A stretch of 63,790 bases of DNA, counting the filler. It is 7 parts of 7 records of this genome, joined end to end, with 100 filler letters (N's around TTAATTAATTAA, not from the genome) between each part and the next. Parts side by side here need not be neighbours in the genome. Positions count along the whole stretch, not along the records: positions 1 to 10,777 come from SRR31147125_8368; positions 10,878 to 26,005 come from SRR31147125_8388; 5 more parts are not named here. One strand, 5' to 3'. The notes beneath the pieces are model-generated. The model saw only the letters and a list, made by a program, of their open reading frames with translations, did no database searches and was not told the DNA's origin. A program made the position numbers and the translations under genes. Below are positions 9,812-18,639 of the stretch, piece by piece. Position 1 is the stretch's first letter; each line of letters opens with the position of its first letter.

Positions 9812-10183
9812 ATGATTTATGGCATAGGTTTGGACATAATAGAAGTAGAAAGAGTTGCACAAAAAATACAAAACAAAGCTTTCTTAGAAAAAGTTTTCAC
9901 TACTCGCGAAATAGAGTTTTTTGAAACAAGAAACTTCAATCCACAAGTAGTTGCAGGAAACTTTGCCGCCAAAGAGGCCTTTTTAAAAGCATTAGGCACA
10001 GGTATAAACAGCGGTTTCATTAACAAGATTGAGGTTTTAAGACAAGAATCTGGCAAACCATATATAGTTCTTTTAGATTCAGCCAATATGTATGTAAGTC
10101 ACGAAAAAATATCCAATATCTTTGTAAGTATAAGCAACATAAAAAGCTTTGCAGCAGCTCAAGTGATACTAGAAAAGGAATAA
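9812..10183 (+). CDS. acpS: Holo-[acyl-carrier-protein] synthase
   Basis: GIGLDIIE, FAAKEAFLKALGTG, GKP and VSIS motifs. Confidence 0.95.
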   Translation: MIYGIGLDIIEVERVAQKIQNKAFLEKVFTTREIEFFETRNFNPQVVAGNFAAKEAFLKALGTGINSGFINKIEVLRQESGKPYIVLLDSANMYVSHEKISNIFVSISNIKSFAAAQVILEKE

Positions 10184-10229
10184 CCACAGGTCATACTTGC
10201 CTTAATTTAACTTGTGGATGGATAAAATC

Positions 10230-10777
10230 ATGAAAGTACTTTTTTCGCACCAAATGAAAGCATTGGATAACAATATGATTATCCAAAATAAAATTCCTGG
10301 TCTATTGCTGATGGAAAACGCAGCTCAAGGTGCAGTTCAATGCTGTATGGAGTTAGAAAATAGAGATACTGTATATCATATATTCTGCGGCATAGGAAAC
10401 AATGGCGGGGATGGTTTTGCAATTGCAAGAAACCTTATTGTCCTTAACAAAAACGTCAATGTATATCTAATAGGATCAATAAACAATATAAAGGGTGATG
10501 CTAAAACCAATTCAGCCTATTTTAAAAAGCATCAATTGATCAATTCAATTCAAAACAAAAGTGACATCGAACCAATCTTCAGTAATATCGACAAGAAAGA
10601 TATAATAATAGATGCTATTTTTGGAATAGGTCTTAGTCGCGATGTAGAAGGTTTATATTATGATACAATAACAGAAATAAACAAAAGCGATGCAAAAATA
10701 GTAAGTATAGACATCCCTTCTGGAGTATGTGCAGATACAGGTCAGGTTTTAGGGGCTGCTGTAAACGCAAATATGAC
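10230..10777 (+). CDS. nnr: NAD(P)H-hydrate epimerase domain (YjeF-N), 3'-partial
   Basis: LMENAA, CGIGNNGGDG, DAIFGIGL and DIPSG motifs; runs into the gap. Confidence 0.9.
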
Positions 10778-10877
10778 NNNNNNNNNNNNNNNNNNNNNNN
10801 NNNNNNNNNNNNNNNNNNNNNTTAATTAATTAANNNNNNNNNNNNNNNNNNNNNNNNNNNNNNNNNNNNNNNNNNNN
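10778..10877. other. Artificial contig spacer
   Basis: N44-TTAATTAATTAA-N44, with stops in all six frames. Confidence 0.99.
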
Positions 10878-10879
10878 AA

Positions 10880-12040
10880 AAAAGTTGGCTTGAAAAAACC
10901 AATCCACTGGTCAAAGGACTTGTTTTAACCGGCGTCAGTATTGGTATCATGATGCTGGTTATAAAAGGTTTTTTCGTTAACATCCTCGGTAATTTCGGTA
11001 TAGCTTATTTTAATCCCGAAAGATTAGCAGCGTTAGGTCTTACCGAGTTTTATGCGGAAGAATATTCCTATGAAGCTATCATGATGTTTGCGGCGATTGC
11101 TTCCTGGTTAAGTCCTACGTGGGTTGTTGCATGTGAAAATGCCCCATGGGATAAAGAAAGGCAACCAGTACGTGGATTGACTGTGCTGCTTGTTACTTTT
11201 TTTATCAGCATGATCGTTTATTTTGTCACCATGCACTCTCATATGGCCATTCTATACTATCCATGGCAGGAATTTACAGCAATCACTCCTCCCTACTGGG
11301 AAAAATTTGCAAATACCGTATCTGGTAATTTCCACATTGCCTGGATTATGAGCGCCACAGTCGTTGTCTGGTTATACGAGACAATCTGGGAAAGATACCC
11401 TTTTGATCTGATTAAAAAGAACTGGCTTCGCCGGGTTGCTTCATTCTTTGGAATCTGGCTTATTGCTATTGCGCTGGCCTTTTTCCTCTATTTTGCTCAG
11501 GAACTGGCCTGGGGTCCGGCTATACGCGGAACTCGTCGTTTAATGGCCCCTGATTGGCGTTGGTTACACGTAGGTGAAATGGCCATATTCTGGTTGGTAC
11601 CCACTTTGTTTTTAACATTTTATTGTAATAACTGGCCTAAAAAGTTCAGCCGGCCTGTGAATATTTTTATTCGAACTGTCGTCACAATTGCTGGTGCGAT
11701 ACTTTTATACATTGTTTATTACAAAACATCGCATTTGTTCCTTGGCACTCAAAAAGGATTCTCACATCCCCAACAGTTCCCAATGATCCCTATGATCTGG
11801 TTAATTAATATCTTTTTAATCAATTACTGGTTTATGGATGGTTGGCCGGGATGGAAACTGGTTCCCTCAACAGCCTCAGATACAGCAGCTGAAACGGCAA
11901 CAGTGAGCAAAGACAATGTAAAATGGTCACCAAAATTTGCTGGTGGGCTGGCCGTAGGCGCAGTTGCAGGTGTGATTATCTATTTTGCCATCATTTATAT
12001 TATTCCGTGGTGGAGCAGCGTTTTCACAATAATCAAGTAA
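10880..12040 (+). CDS. Polytopic membrane protein of unknown function, 5'-partial
   Basis: The frame is open from the contig edge (KSWLEKTNPLVKGLVL...). About 10 hydrophobic segments; Trp/Pro/His-rich. Confidence 0.85.
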   Translation, partial: KSWLEKTNPLVKGLVLTGVSIGIMMLVIKGFFVNILGNFGIAYFNPERLAALGLTEFYAEEYSYEAIMMFAAIASWLSPTWVVACENAPWDKERQPVRGLTVLLVTFFISMIVYFVTMHSHMAILYYPWQEFTAITPPYWEKFANTVSGNFHIAWIMSATVVVWLYETIWERYPFDLIKKNWLRRVASFFGIWLIAIALAFFLYFAQELAWGPAIRGTRRLMAPDWRWLHVGEMAIFWLVPTLFLTFYCNNWPKKFSRPVNIFIRTVVTIAGAILLYIVYYKTSHLFLGTQKGFSHPQQFPMIPMIWLINIFLINYWFMDGWPGWKLVPSTASDTAAETATVSKDNVKWSPKFAGGLAVGAVAGVIIYFAIIYIIPWWSSVFTIIK

Positions 12041-12076
12041 AAATTTAAGAAAAGTAAATATTAAAAGGTAATTAAA

Positions 12077-13240
12077 ATGTCTGAAAATAAAGTTTCAAGG
12101 CGAGATTTTCTAAAAGGTTCTGCAACCGGTGTGGGTGTAGGTACTTTGGCTTCGATGGGACTTTTTTCTTATTCTTCTGCACGAAAAAAGCTTTTTCCCA
12201 ATATTGATAGAAAACAAACTGATTTCGGCGTTTGCAAAAGTGTTAAGGTGACTAACATCTCTGAAACGAGCTGGTTTGACAATGCAACCCTGATGGGTGA
12301 CATACGTAATGCAGGTGGATTGCTGGTCAATCAATATGATTTCAACTGGCCACCTTTTGGAAATGGAAAAGGATTGGCAAAGGGTTCATATGAAGATGGG
12401 ATGAAACAGATCAAACATCTTTTACCCGGAAAACTGGATGAAGCCTGGGACATCGTAAACAAAAACTCTGTCAACCCGGATAATGCTGGTGGTTACGCCG
12501 CTTTAGTTGAGATGGAAGATATGGATGGCCAGGTGCATAAATATTTATTGGATTGCGGATGGTCTTACAAGTGGATGGATACCTGTTTCAAACGAGAGGG
12601 TATCGACAAGATGCTCGCGAATCATGAAATTGAAAAATTCTTTGTTTCGCATGAACATTTTGACCATTATTGGGGTTTACCCGTCGTTTACAAATATGAT
12701 CCAACTATTCCAACTTATATTCCGGAAGGATTTTATTCCGAGGGTCTTCAATATGTCAAAGACTGCGGTCATCAAGGCGAGTTAACAGTCATGAAAAATG
12801 GCCTGAACAAAGTGGCCCCAGGTTTTGCAACGTATACATTTGGAGTACCGATTATTTGCCGTGTTTATGGTGAACAATCCATGTTCTTCAATGTCAAAGA
12901 TCTCGGACTGGTTTGTATTAGTGGATGTTGTCATGAAGGTATCATCAAATTTGCGGATACAGCTGTACGTGAATTAAAATATGACAATGATAAAATGTAT
13001 GGCATTTATGGAGGATTACATATTTCCCCATTTGAAGACTGGGATCCCAAATACGATGATCTGGTTATTGCAATGAAAGACTGGGGATTCGAAAAGATTG
13101 GTTGTAATCATTGTACCGGTATTTTAACAGCTAAAAAATTCATCGATCGTGGATACAATGTTATTCAGGGAACTGCACGCTTTAGATCGAAGGATAAGGC
13201 ATATCTCGGTAATGGTGATACAATAGAATTCAAGGCATAA
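12077..13240 (+). CDS. Tat-exported MBL-fold metallohydrolase (DHPS-like/MJ0301-like subfamily)
   Basis: SRRDFLK Tat motif; LLDCG, SHEHFDH (HxHxDH), GCCHEG, GGLH and NHCTG motifs. Confidence 0.88.
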   Translation: MSENKVSRRDFLKGSATGVGVGTLASMGLFSYSSARKKLFPNIDRKQTDFGVCKSVKVTNISETSWFDNATLMGDIRNAGGLLVNQYDFNWPPFGNGKGLAKGSYEDGMKQIKHLLPGKLDEAWDIVNKNSVNPDNAGGYAALVEMEDMDGQVHKYLLDCGWSYKWMDTCFKREGIDKMLANHEIEKFFVSHEHFDHYWGLPVVYKYDPTIPTYIPEGFYSEGLQYVKDCGHQGELTVMKNGLNKVAPGFATYTFGVPIICRVYGEQSMFFNVKDLGLVCISGCCHEGIIKFADTAVRELKYDNDKMYGIYGGLHISPFEDWDPKYDDLVIAMKDWGFEKIGCNHCTGILTAKKFIDRGYNVIQGTARFRSKDKAYLGNGDTIEFKA

Positions 13241-13245
13241 GGCAT

Positions 13246-13278
13246 GAGAGGTTGAACAAAACTTTCATTCAACCTCTC
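13246..13278 (+). terminator. Stem-loop after the MBL gene (no U-tail; may be a stabiliser or processing site)
   Basis: gagaggttgaa...ttcaacctctc perfect 11-bp stem. Confidence 0.5.
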
Positions 13279-13315
13279 GGTAGTAAATAAGGCATATAAA
13301 TATAATAAAATTAAA

Positions 13316-15175
13316 ATGAAAACAAAAGAAATTTATCCCTTAGGCATTTTATCTGATCCTGAAGAAGGTATTCCGGGATTTTTACGGAGCCTCTTAATCA
13401 GGACAAATTTTGTTGCTACAACCAGAGAATATCTGGGCTGGCGAGGTCTCAAACCCTCGTTTAAAAAATCTGAGGCGTGGACATGCCGCATAAAAGGCAA
13501 TACAGGTGTCTTTGGGATTTATTTCAAAGAACTGTTTAATTTTACTTCCTGGTTCACGGGAAAATTTGGTCTCTGTTATTTCCCGGATCCGAATGATGAT
13601 ACAGTTGAACTCTTCTCTATAGAGGCGGGTGTGGATACTCAAAGACAGGAATATACTACATGCATCCGCGATTTTTTGAGTTATCCGGAATTCACTCGTC
13701 TCTTTGAGATTGCCGAACTCTATTTTTCTTTTTCTTCCTCAGAAGAAAATATGTTGTTAACGCTAGGTGCTCAAAAAGCATTAACAACAATCTCTGAAAA
13801 AGGTGTGGCAATAGATAGAGATGGAGAAACCTGTTATATTGTAGAGCCAGGCGGAATTGATCAAAATCTTCCGGCATTCGATTTAGCATTACCCTTTTAT
13901 GAGGTTCTCGCTGCAACGCTCACTTTTAATCTGTCTGAGGCTCCCTCCTATTTTTTAAAAGTCAGCAGTCATGATCGAGTACATGAGAACCTCATCACAG
14001 GACCGGAAAAAGATAATACCCTTATTAGTTTACACCTGGGATATGGAAACACAGATTTTCAGGCACATTTCCCTTCCCGTGATTTACTGGCAAATGGACC
14101 TGTTTTAGAATCCATTTCATGGAAACATGGACAGAAAAAACCGGTACCCTTCCAGGACAAATTATGGTGGGATAGCCATCAAAAAAAGACTTTATCAATT
14201 GTTGATAAAACTCTTTTAGGAATAGATGACCGACCGCAATTCATCGTGTTGAGCGGTTTCCTCGGATCGGGTAAGACATCATTTTTACAAAATTTTATTG
14301 AATATCATACAATCAATAACAGATTTGTTGCTGTTATACAAAATGAAATCGGGGATGTTGGTCTGGACAGCAAGCTATTAGAAGATGAATACGCTGTGAT
14401 GGATATGGACGAAGGTTGTGTATGTTGTACTCTGATCGGACAGTTGGAAAAGGGTATCAACCAGATATTGTCCAAATTCCATCCGGATGTGATTATCCTC
14501 GAAACATCCGGACTGGCAAATCCCTATAATTTACTCTCGGATATTTCACTATTAAAAGATAGAATTCGCTTCGATTCTGTCACAGTTATTGTGGATGCCT
14601 CCAATTTCAACAGTGTCCATGATTATCATGTATCCCGCGAGCAAATCAAAGCGGCAGATGTTATATTACTCAATAAAATCGATCTCGTATCTAATTTTGA
14701 AATTGAAACTATTTCTCATCAATTAAAAGAAATGAATCCCAATGTACCCATTTTAAAATGTCAAAATGGACAAATACATCCAGGATTACTATATGGTACG
14801 AACACGGAAACCGAAACAAACCAGTTACGACAGGAAATTCAACCACATCATTGCACGCATTCTCATGATCACTTGTCAAGTTTCTGTATTGATATTCCTC
14901 AACCAGTGGATAAAACACTTTTTCTGGAAACTATAAAAAAGGTTCCTGAGTCCATTTATCGTATAAAAGGAACCATCGAGTTTCTGGATGAAAATGTGGT
15001 TCATTTGTTCCAATTTGTTAATGGCCGTTCTGATATCAGTGAGTTTCATAATCCTCAGTATAAAGATCGGTATTTAATTATTATCGGTCAAAATTTACAG
15101 GAAGAAAAAATTCGAACATTATTTAACAATCTCCTTTTTCCTGACAAAAATGAAAAGAACCTGAAAACACAATAA
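13316..15175 (+). CDS. COG0523/CobW-family G3E metallochaperone GTPase with ~300-aa unknown N-terminal domain
   Basis: SGFLGSGKT, NEIG, GCVCC (CxCC), ETSG, NKID, His linker HHCTHSHDH and CobW_C RIKG motifs. Confidence 0.9.
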   Translation: MKTKEIYPLGILSDPEEGIPGFLRSLLIRTNFVATTREYLGWRGLKPSFKKSEAWTCRIKGNTGVFGIYFKELFNFTSWFTGKFGLCYFPDPNDDTVELFSIEAGVDTQRQEYTTCIRDFLSYPEFTRLFEIAELYFSFSSSEENMLLTLGAQKALTTISEKGVAIDRDGETCYIVEPGGIDQNLPAFDLALPFYEVLAATLTFNLSEAPSYFLKVSSHDRVHENLITGPEKDNTLISLHLGYGNTDFQAHFPSRDLLANGPVLESISWKHGQKKPVPFQDKLWWDSHQKKTLSIVDKTLLGIDDRPQFIVLSGFLGSGKTSFLQNFIEYHTINNRFVAVIQNEIGDVGLDSKLLEDEYAVMDMDEGCVCCTLIGQLEKGINQILSKFHPDVIILETSGLANPYNLLSDISLLKDRIRFDSVTVIVDASNFNSVHDYHVSREQIKAADVILLNKIDLVSNFEIETISHQLKEMNPNVPILKCQNGQIHPGLLYGTNTETETNQLRQEIQPHHCTHSHDHLSSFCIDIPQPVDKTLFLETIKKVPESIYRIKGTIEFLDENVVHLFQFVNGRSDISEFHNPQYKDRYLIIIGQNLQEEKIRTLFNNLLFPDKNEKNLKTQ

Positions 15176-15314
15176 GAAAAAGCAGCTTCTACAGCCTCTG
15201 CTTAACATAATAAACATATTAACAGAAATGTTTCTCCTTAATATAATATTCTGTGATTGTATAACGATGCAAGGCTGAAGCTGTTTTATATAGAATACGT
15301 GGAGGATTATAGAA

Positions 15315-16385
15315 ATGAAAAAATTAGTAGCACTAATATTCTTATCAATGTTTGCGACCGGCTTGTACGCCCAGGTCAAGATATCGGGAGATGCCATGAT
15401 TCGACCGCGATATGATATCAATGATCATGGTGATTATGGCAGTACATCCGAGGATCTATATCATATGTATCGGGCCCGAATTAATATGCTGGCTGATATG
15501 GGTGACGGTTATTATTTTAAAACTCAATTAGCGCATTATGGATATGGCGGATTTGCCTTTACTTCTGGTCTTGGAACCGAAACTCCCTGGGGTGGTATGG
15601 TTGATGGATCCAGACGGCCGGGAGTTAACTTTATGCAACTTTACTTTGGCGTTAACAGAGATAACTGGGGCGCATCCGGTGGTATCATTCCAGTGAATGG
15701 TCTGTCAAATCCTTTACTTGACGTTCATTACTATCCAACCAAACTGGTTGATGTTCCATACGTTATTTTTAGCCAAAATGGAGCGTTCGGTTTTACTGGA
15801 TATTATAATTTAGGTTTGGGTAAACTGACGCTTACAGTATTAACGGATGATGGTTTTGGAAAATATATTGAGGACGCTGATGGCAACCTCATCCAGGACA
15901 CACAGGATACTTATACCTATGCTTTGGATTATCAGGTCAAAGTCGCAGATTTCTCTATCCAGCCGATGGTATTGCTGTCTTCCGCTTCTGATTCCAGTAA
16001 CGCACCGACAACATTAGGATTAAATGTAACGGCTCCAAAACTGGGTCCAATTACCTTTAGTGGTACGTATGCAATTAGCAGTCAAAATCAAACTGGTACA
16101 ACCGAGTATGACATAAACTACATAAGATTAAAAGCTGTCAGCAAACTCGGACCTGGCGCTGTGGTTGCCTGGTATGATTTGGCTCAAAGAACAGACAAAT
16201 TTGAGTTTGGTGATATTGAACACGACTTTTCATTCCTTTGGTTGATGTACAAATATACCGTATATAAAGGTGACAAAGGAGCTGTTACTGTTGCACCGAC
16301 ATACCGTCTGGCTACAGAAAAAGTTGATAATATGATTGATAATTCACGTTCAAAAATCGAATTATCAATAACTGTATCCTTTTAA
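15315..16385 (+). CDS. Probable outer-membrane beta-barrel (porin/alginate-export-like)
   Basis: Sec signal (MKKLVALIFLSMFATGLYA), alternating beta strands and C-terminal ELSITVSF. Confidence 0.75.
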   Translation: MKKLVALIFLSMFATGLYAQVKISGDAMIRPRYDINDHGDYGSTSEDLYHMYRARINMLADMGDGYYFKTQLAHYGYGGFAFTSGLGTETPWGGMVDGSRRPGVNFMQLYFGVNRDNWGASGGIIPVNGLSNPLLDVHYYPTKLVDVPYVIFSQNGAFGFTGYYNLGLGKLTLTVLTDDGFGKYIEDADGNLIQDTQDTYTYALDYQVKVADFSIQPMVLLSSASDSSNAPTTLGLNVTAPKLGPITFSGTYAISSQNQTGTTEYDINYIRLKAVSKLGPGAVVAWYDLAQRTDKFEFGDIEHDFSFLWLMYKYTVYKGDKGAVTVAPTYRLATEKVDNMIDNSRSKIELSITVSF

Positions 16386-16691
16386 AGAAATATGTCAATC
16401 GCAGCTCACACAAATATTTTTGATTAATATGTAATACCGAGCTGTTTTTAGACACCAGTATCTAAGAAACATAAGATATTTTTATAAATAAAATCGGGCC
16501 GTTATTCCAAGCTGGAATTAACGGTCCGTTAATTAAAAAAACTGACGGTGTTGATTTGTGTCATAAATAACGGCTATAAAGAACGGTCCGATACACGTCA
16601 GGTAATCATCGGATCTTTTTCTCTTCCTGGCTTTACAAATATTCTGCCGGTTTTATATACTGTATTAATATGTTAATTTGGAGAGCATGCC

Positions 16692-17312
16692 ATGTGGCAA
16701 ATTATCATAAAAGGTGGGGTGATGATGTACCCCATACTCTTTTTTTCCATTATTGCGTTAGCTGTTATCTTTGAACGCCTCTATATTTTAATATCAACCA
16801 AATTCCCGGAATCTGAGACTATTGATCTGATGTTTACCTGCCTTGAAAACAATAAAATCAAAGAAGCGAAAAGCGTGATAGATCTGGACAGAACAGTATT
16901 CAATTCCTTGTACCTTGCCGTGTTAGAAAGAACGACTACTTCTGAACGAGAAGAGGCAGCCATGGAGGTTGGTGATGAAATTCTTTTTAATCTTAAAAAA
17001 AGGCTGAATATTCTCTCTGTTGTGGGATCACTTGTGCCGCTGATGGGACTATTAGGTACAGTTTTAGGCATGATAACCGTTTTTTCCCGCGTAGCCGCAA
17101 CAGGAGAAGCCGCGGATATCACGATTTTAGCCGGCGGTATTTGGGAAGCGCTTTTAACAACAGCTGCGGGGATGGCTGTGGCCATACCTGTACTACTGGC
17201 TTTTCATCTTTTTAAAATGAAAATTGAAAGAACTGCCCATACAATGCAAAAGCAGGCAACCAGGATGGTAAATATTCTAAAACAAGTGAATTTGACTGAT
17301 GATACAATTTAA
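16692..17312 (+). CDS. exbB: MotA/TolQ/ExbB proton channel
   Basis: GG.MMYPI, PLMGLLGTVLGM and GIWEALLTTAAG motifs. Confidence 0.93.
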   Translation: MWQIIIKGGVMMYPILFFSIIALAVIFERLYILISTKFPESETIDLMFTCLENNKIKEAKSVIDLDRTVFNSLYLAVLERTTTSEREEAAMEVGDEILFNLKKRLNILSVVGSLVPLMGLLGTVLGMITVFSRVAATGEAADITILAGGIWEALLTTAAGMAVAIPVLLAFHLFKMKIERTAHTMQKQATRMVNILKQVNLTDDTI

Positions 17313-17724
17313 ACAAGAGCCAGACAGTTCAAAAGAGGATGTAAATTTAACACCGCTTATTGACATTATATTTAATCTATTAATATTTTTTTTGATAACC
17401 GCGTCTATAAGCACAAAAGGAATAAACCTGGACATACCAGACGCAACAACAGCAAGTAAAGTTCAAAGCAAAAGTTGGGAAATAGCGATTAATGAGGACA
17501 AAAGATTCTTTTTAAATGGTCTCGAGATTAATGCTGGACAACTAGAGAGCGTGCTGCAAGCGGAAAGACAAAAAGCCGAAGATAAGCAAATTGAGAACAT
17601 TGTTTTAAAAGGCCATAAAAATATTCCTTATGGATTGTTTGTAAAAGTAATGGATACAGTCCGCGCGCATGGATTTTATGATATCACAATTGCAACTGAA
17701 ATGAAACCGGTAGATTCGTTTTGA
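17299..17724 (+). CDS. exbD: ExbD/TolR
   Basis: NLTPLIDIIF.LLIFF motif; overlaps the exbB end. Confidence 0.93.
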   Translation: MIQFKQEPDSSKEDVNLTPLIDIIFNLLIFFLITASISTKGINLDIPDATTASKVQSKSWEIAINEDKRFFLNGLEINAGQLESVLQAERQKAEDKQIENIVLKGHKNIPYGLFVKVMDTVRAHGFYDITIATEMKPVDSF

Positions 17725-18248
17725 ACTCTCATCGAACAATCATTATTAGTACGATCCTGTCCCTGTTTATTCATTTTTACCTATTAAAGTTGGATTTTCA
17801 ATGCGTTCATGAAGAGGAAATAGATTTAAAAATCCCTGTGCATTTTAATCCAAATTACGAACCGATAACAGATCAAAAGACAACAGGGCCGGCACAAGAG
17901 TTTCTCAGTCCGGAGATGGAGCAAACAAAGAACACGCAGGGAACAAACAAAAAATCGCTCACTCAGTTATATTTAAGAATGTTGCGGGAACGGATTGAAA
18001 AGAAAAAGTTTTATCCTGATTATACCCGAAGTCTGGGACTTATCGGCAATGTCAGAATAGGTTTTACCATTTTGGCAAATGGAACATTCAACCATATTCA
18101 AATTCTTCGATCTTCCGGTGATAATGTGCTGGACAAGACCGCTTTAAATGCTATTCAACATGTAAATGGCAAGATTAAACGACCAAAATGGTCCGGATCG
18201 AAAATAATTCATACTTTTATTGTGCTAAAATATCAATACGATTTGTAA
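17721..18248 (+). CDS. tonB: Short TonB-family energy transducer
   Basis: N-terminal TM with S...H (ILSLFIH); C-terminal YP...G.V.I.F.I..NG....SSG...LD..A motif. Confidence 0.85.
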   Translation: MNSHRTIIISTILSLFIHFYLLKLDFQCVHEEEIDLKIPVHFNPNYEPITDQKTTGPAQEFLSPEMEQTKNTQGTNKKSLTQLYLRMLRERIEKKKFYPDYTRSLGLIGNVRIGFTILANGTFNHIQILRSSGDNVLDKTALNAIQHVNGKIKRPKWSGSKIIHTFIVLKYQYDL

Positions 18249-18639
18249 TGCTTACCACATGTCTGTTATACTGTAAGTTTTATTAACAAAATAGCAATGC
18301 AAAAAATGAGTAAGCAGCATAGAGAGCGTTATAGAGGCTTGTAGCGAAAAATTTCTGATTTTTTCAGAACAATTTATCAGTAAATACAGGTAACGTCAAA
18401 AGAGTAAAAAAATATATTTACCAACGAAATAGATAGTAATATTAAAAATAGTACTCAATTCCAATTTATATCAGATCTCACGCAAAGCTGTAAAAGATGA
18501 AAAGATAAATGAGCCACTCAAAAAATATTTCACCTCCAACGATAATGAAATAAATAAAATACAACTCATTTCCCTTAGTAATCTTTAAAGCTTTGCGTGA
18601 TCCTTTTTTTATTTTCTTGTTATCAAGAATTCCATCATC

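Noticed and set aside
10822-10833. Recurrent TTAATTAATTAA palindrome (six copies) as a repeat or att site
   Set aside because: It is always centred in N-runs of identical length, so it is an artificial six-frame-stop linker.
15213-16673. TTAATATGT occurring three times around the barrel gene as a possible Zur/Fur-type box
   Set aside because: Short, AT-only and non-palindromic in AT-rich spacers, so compatible with chance.
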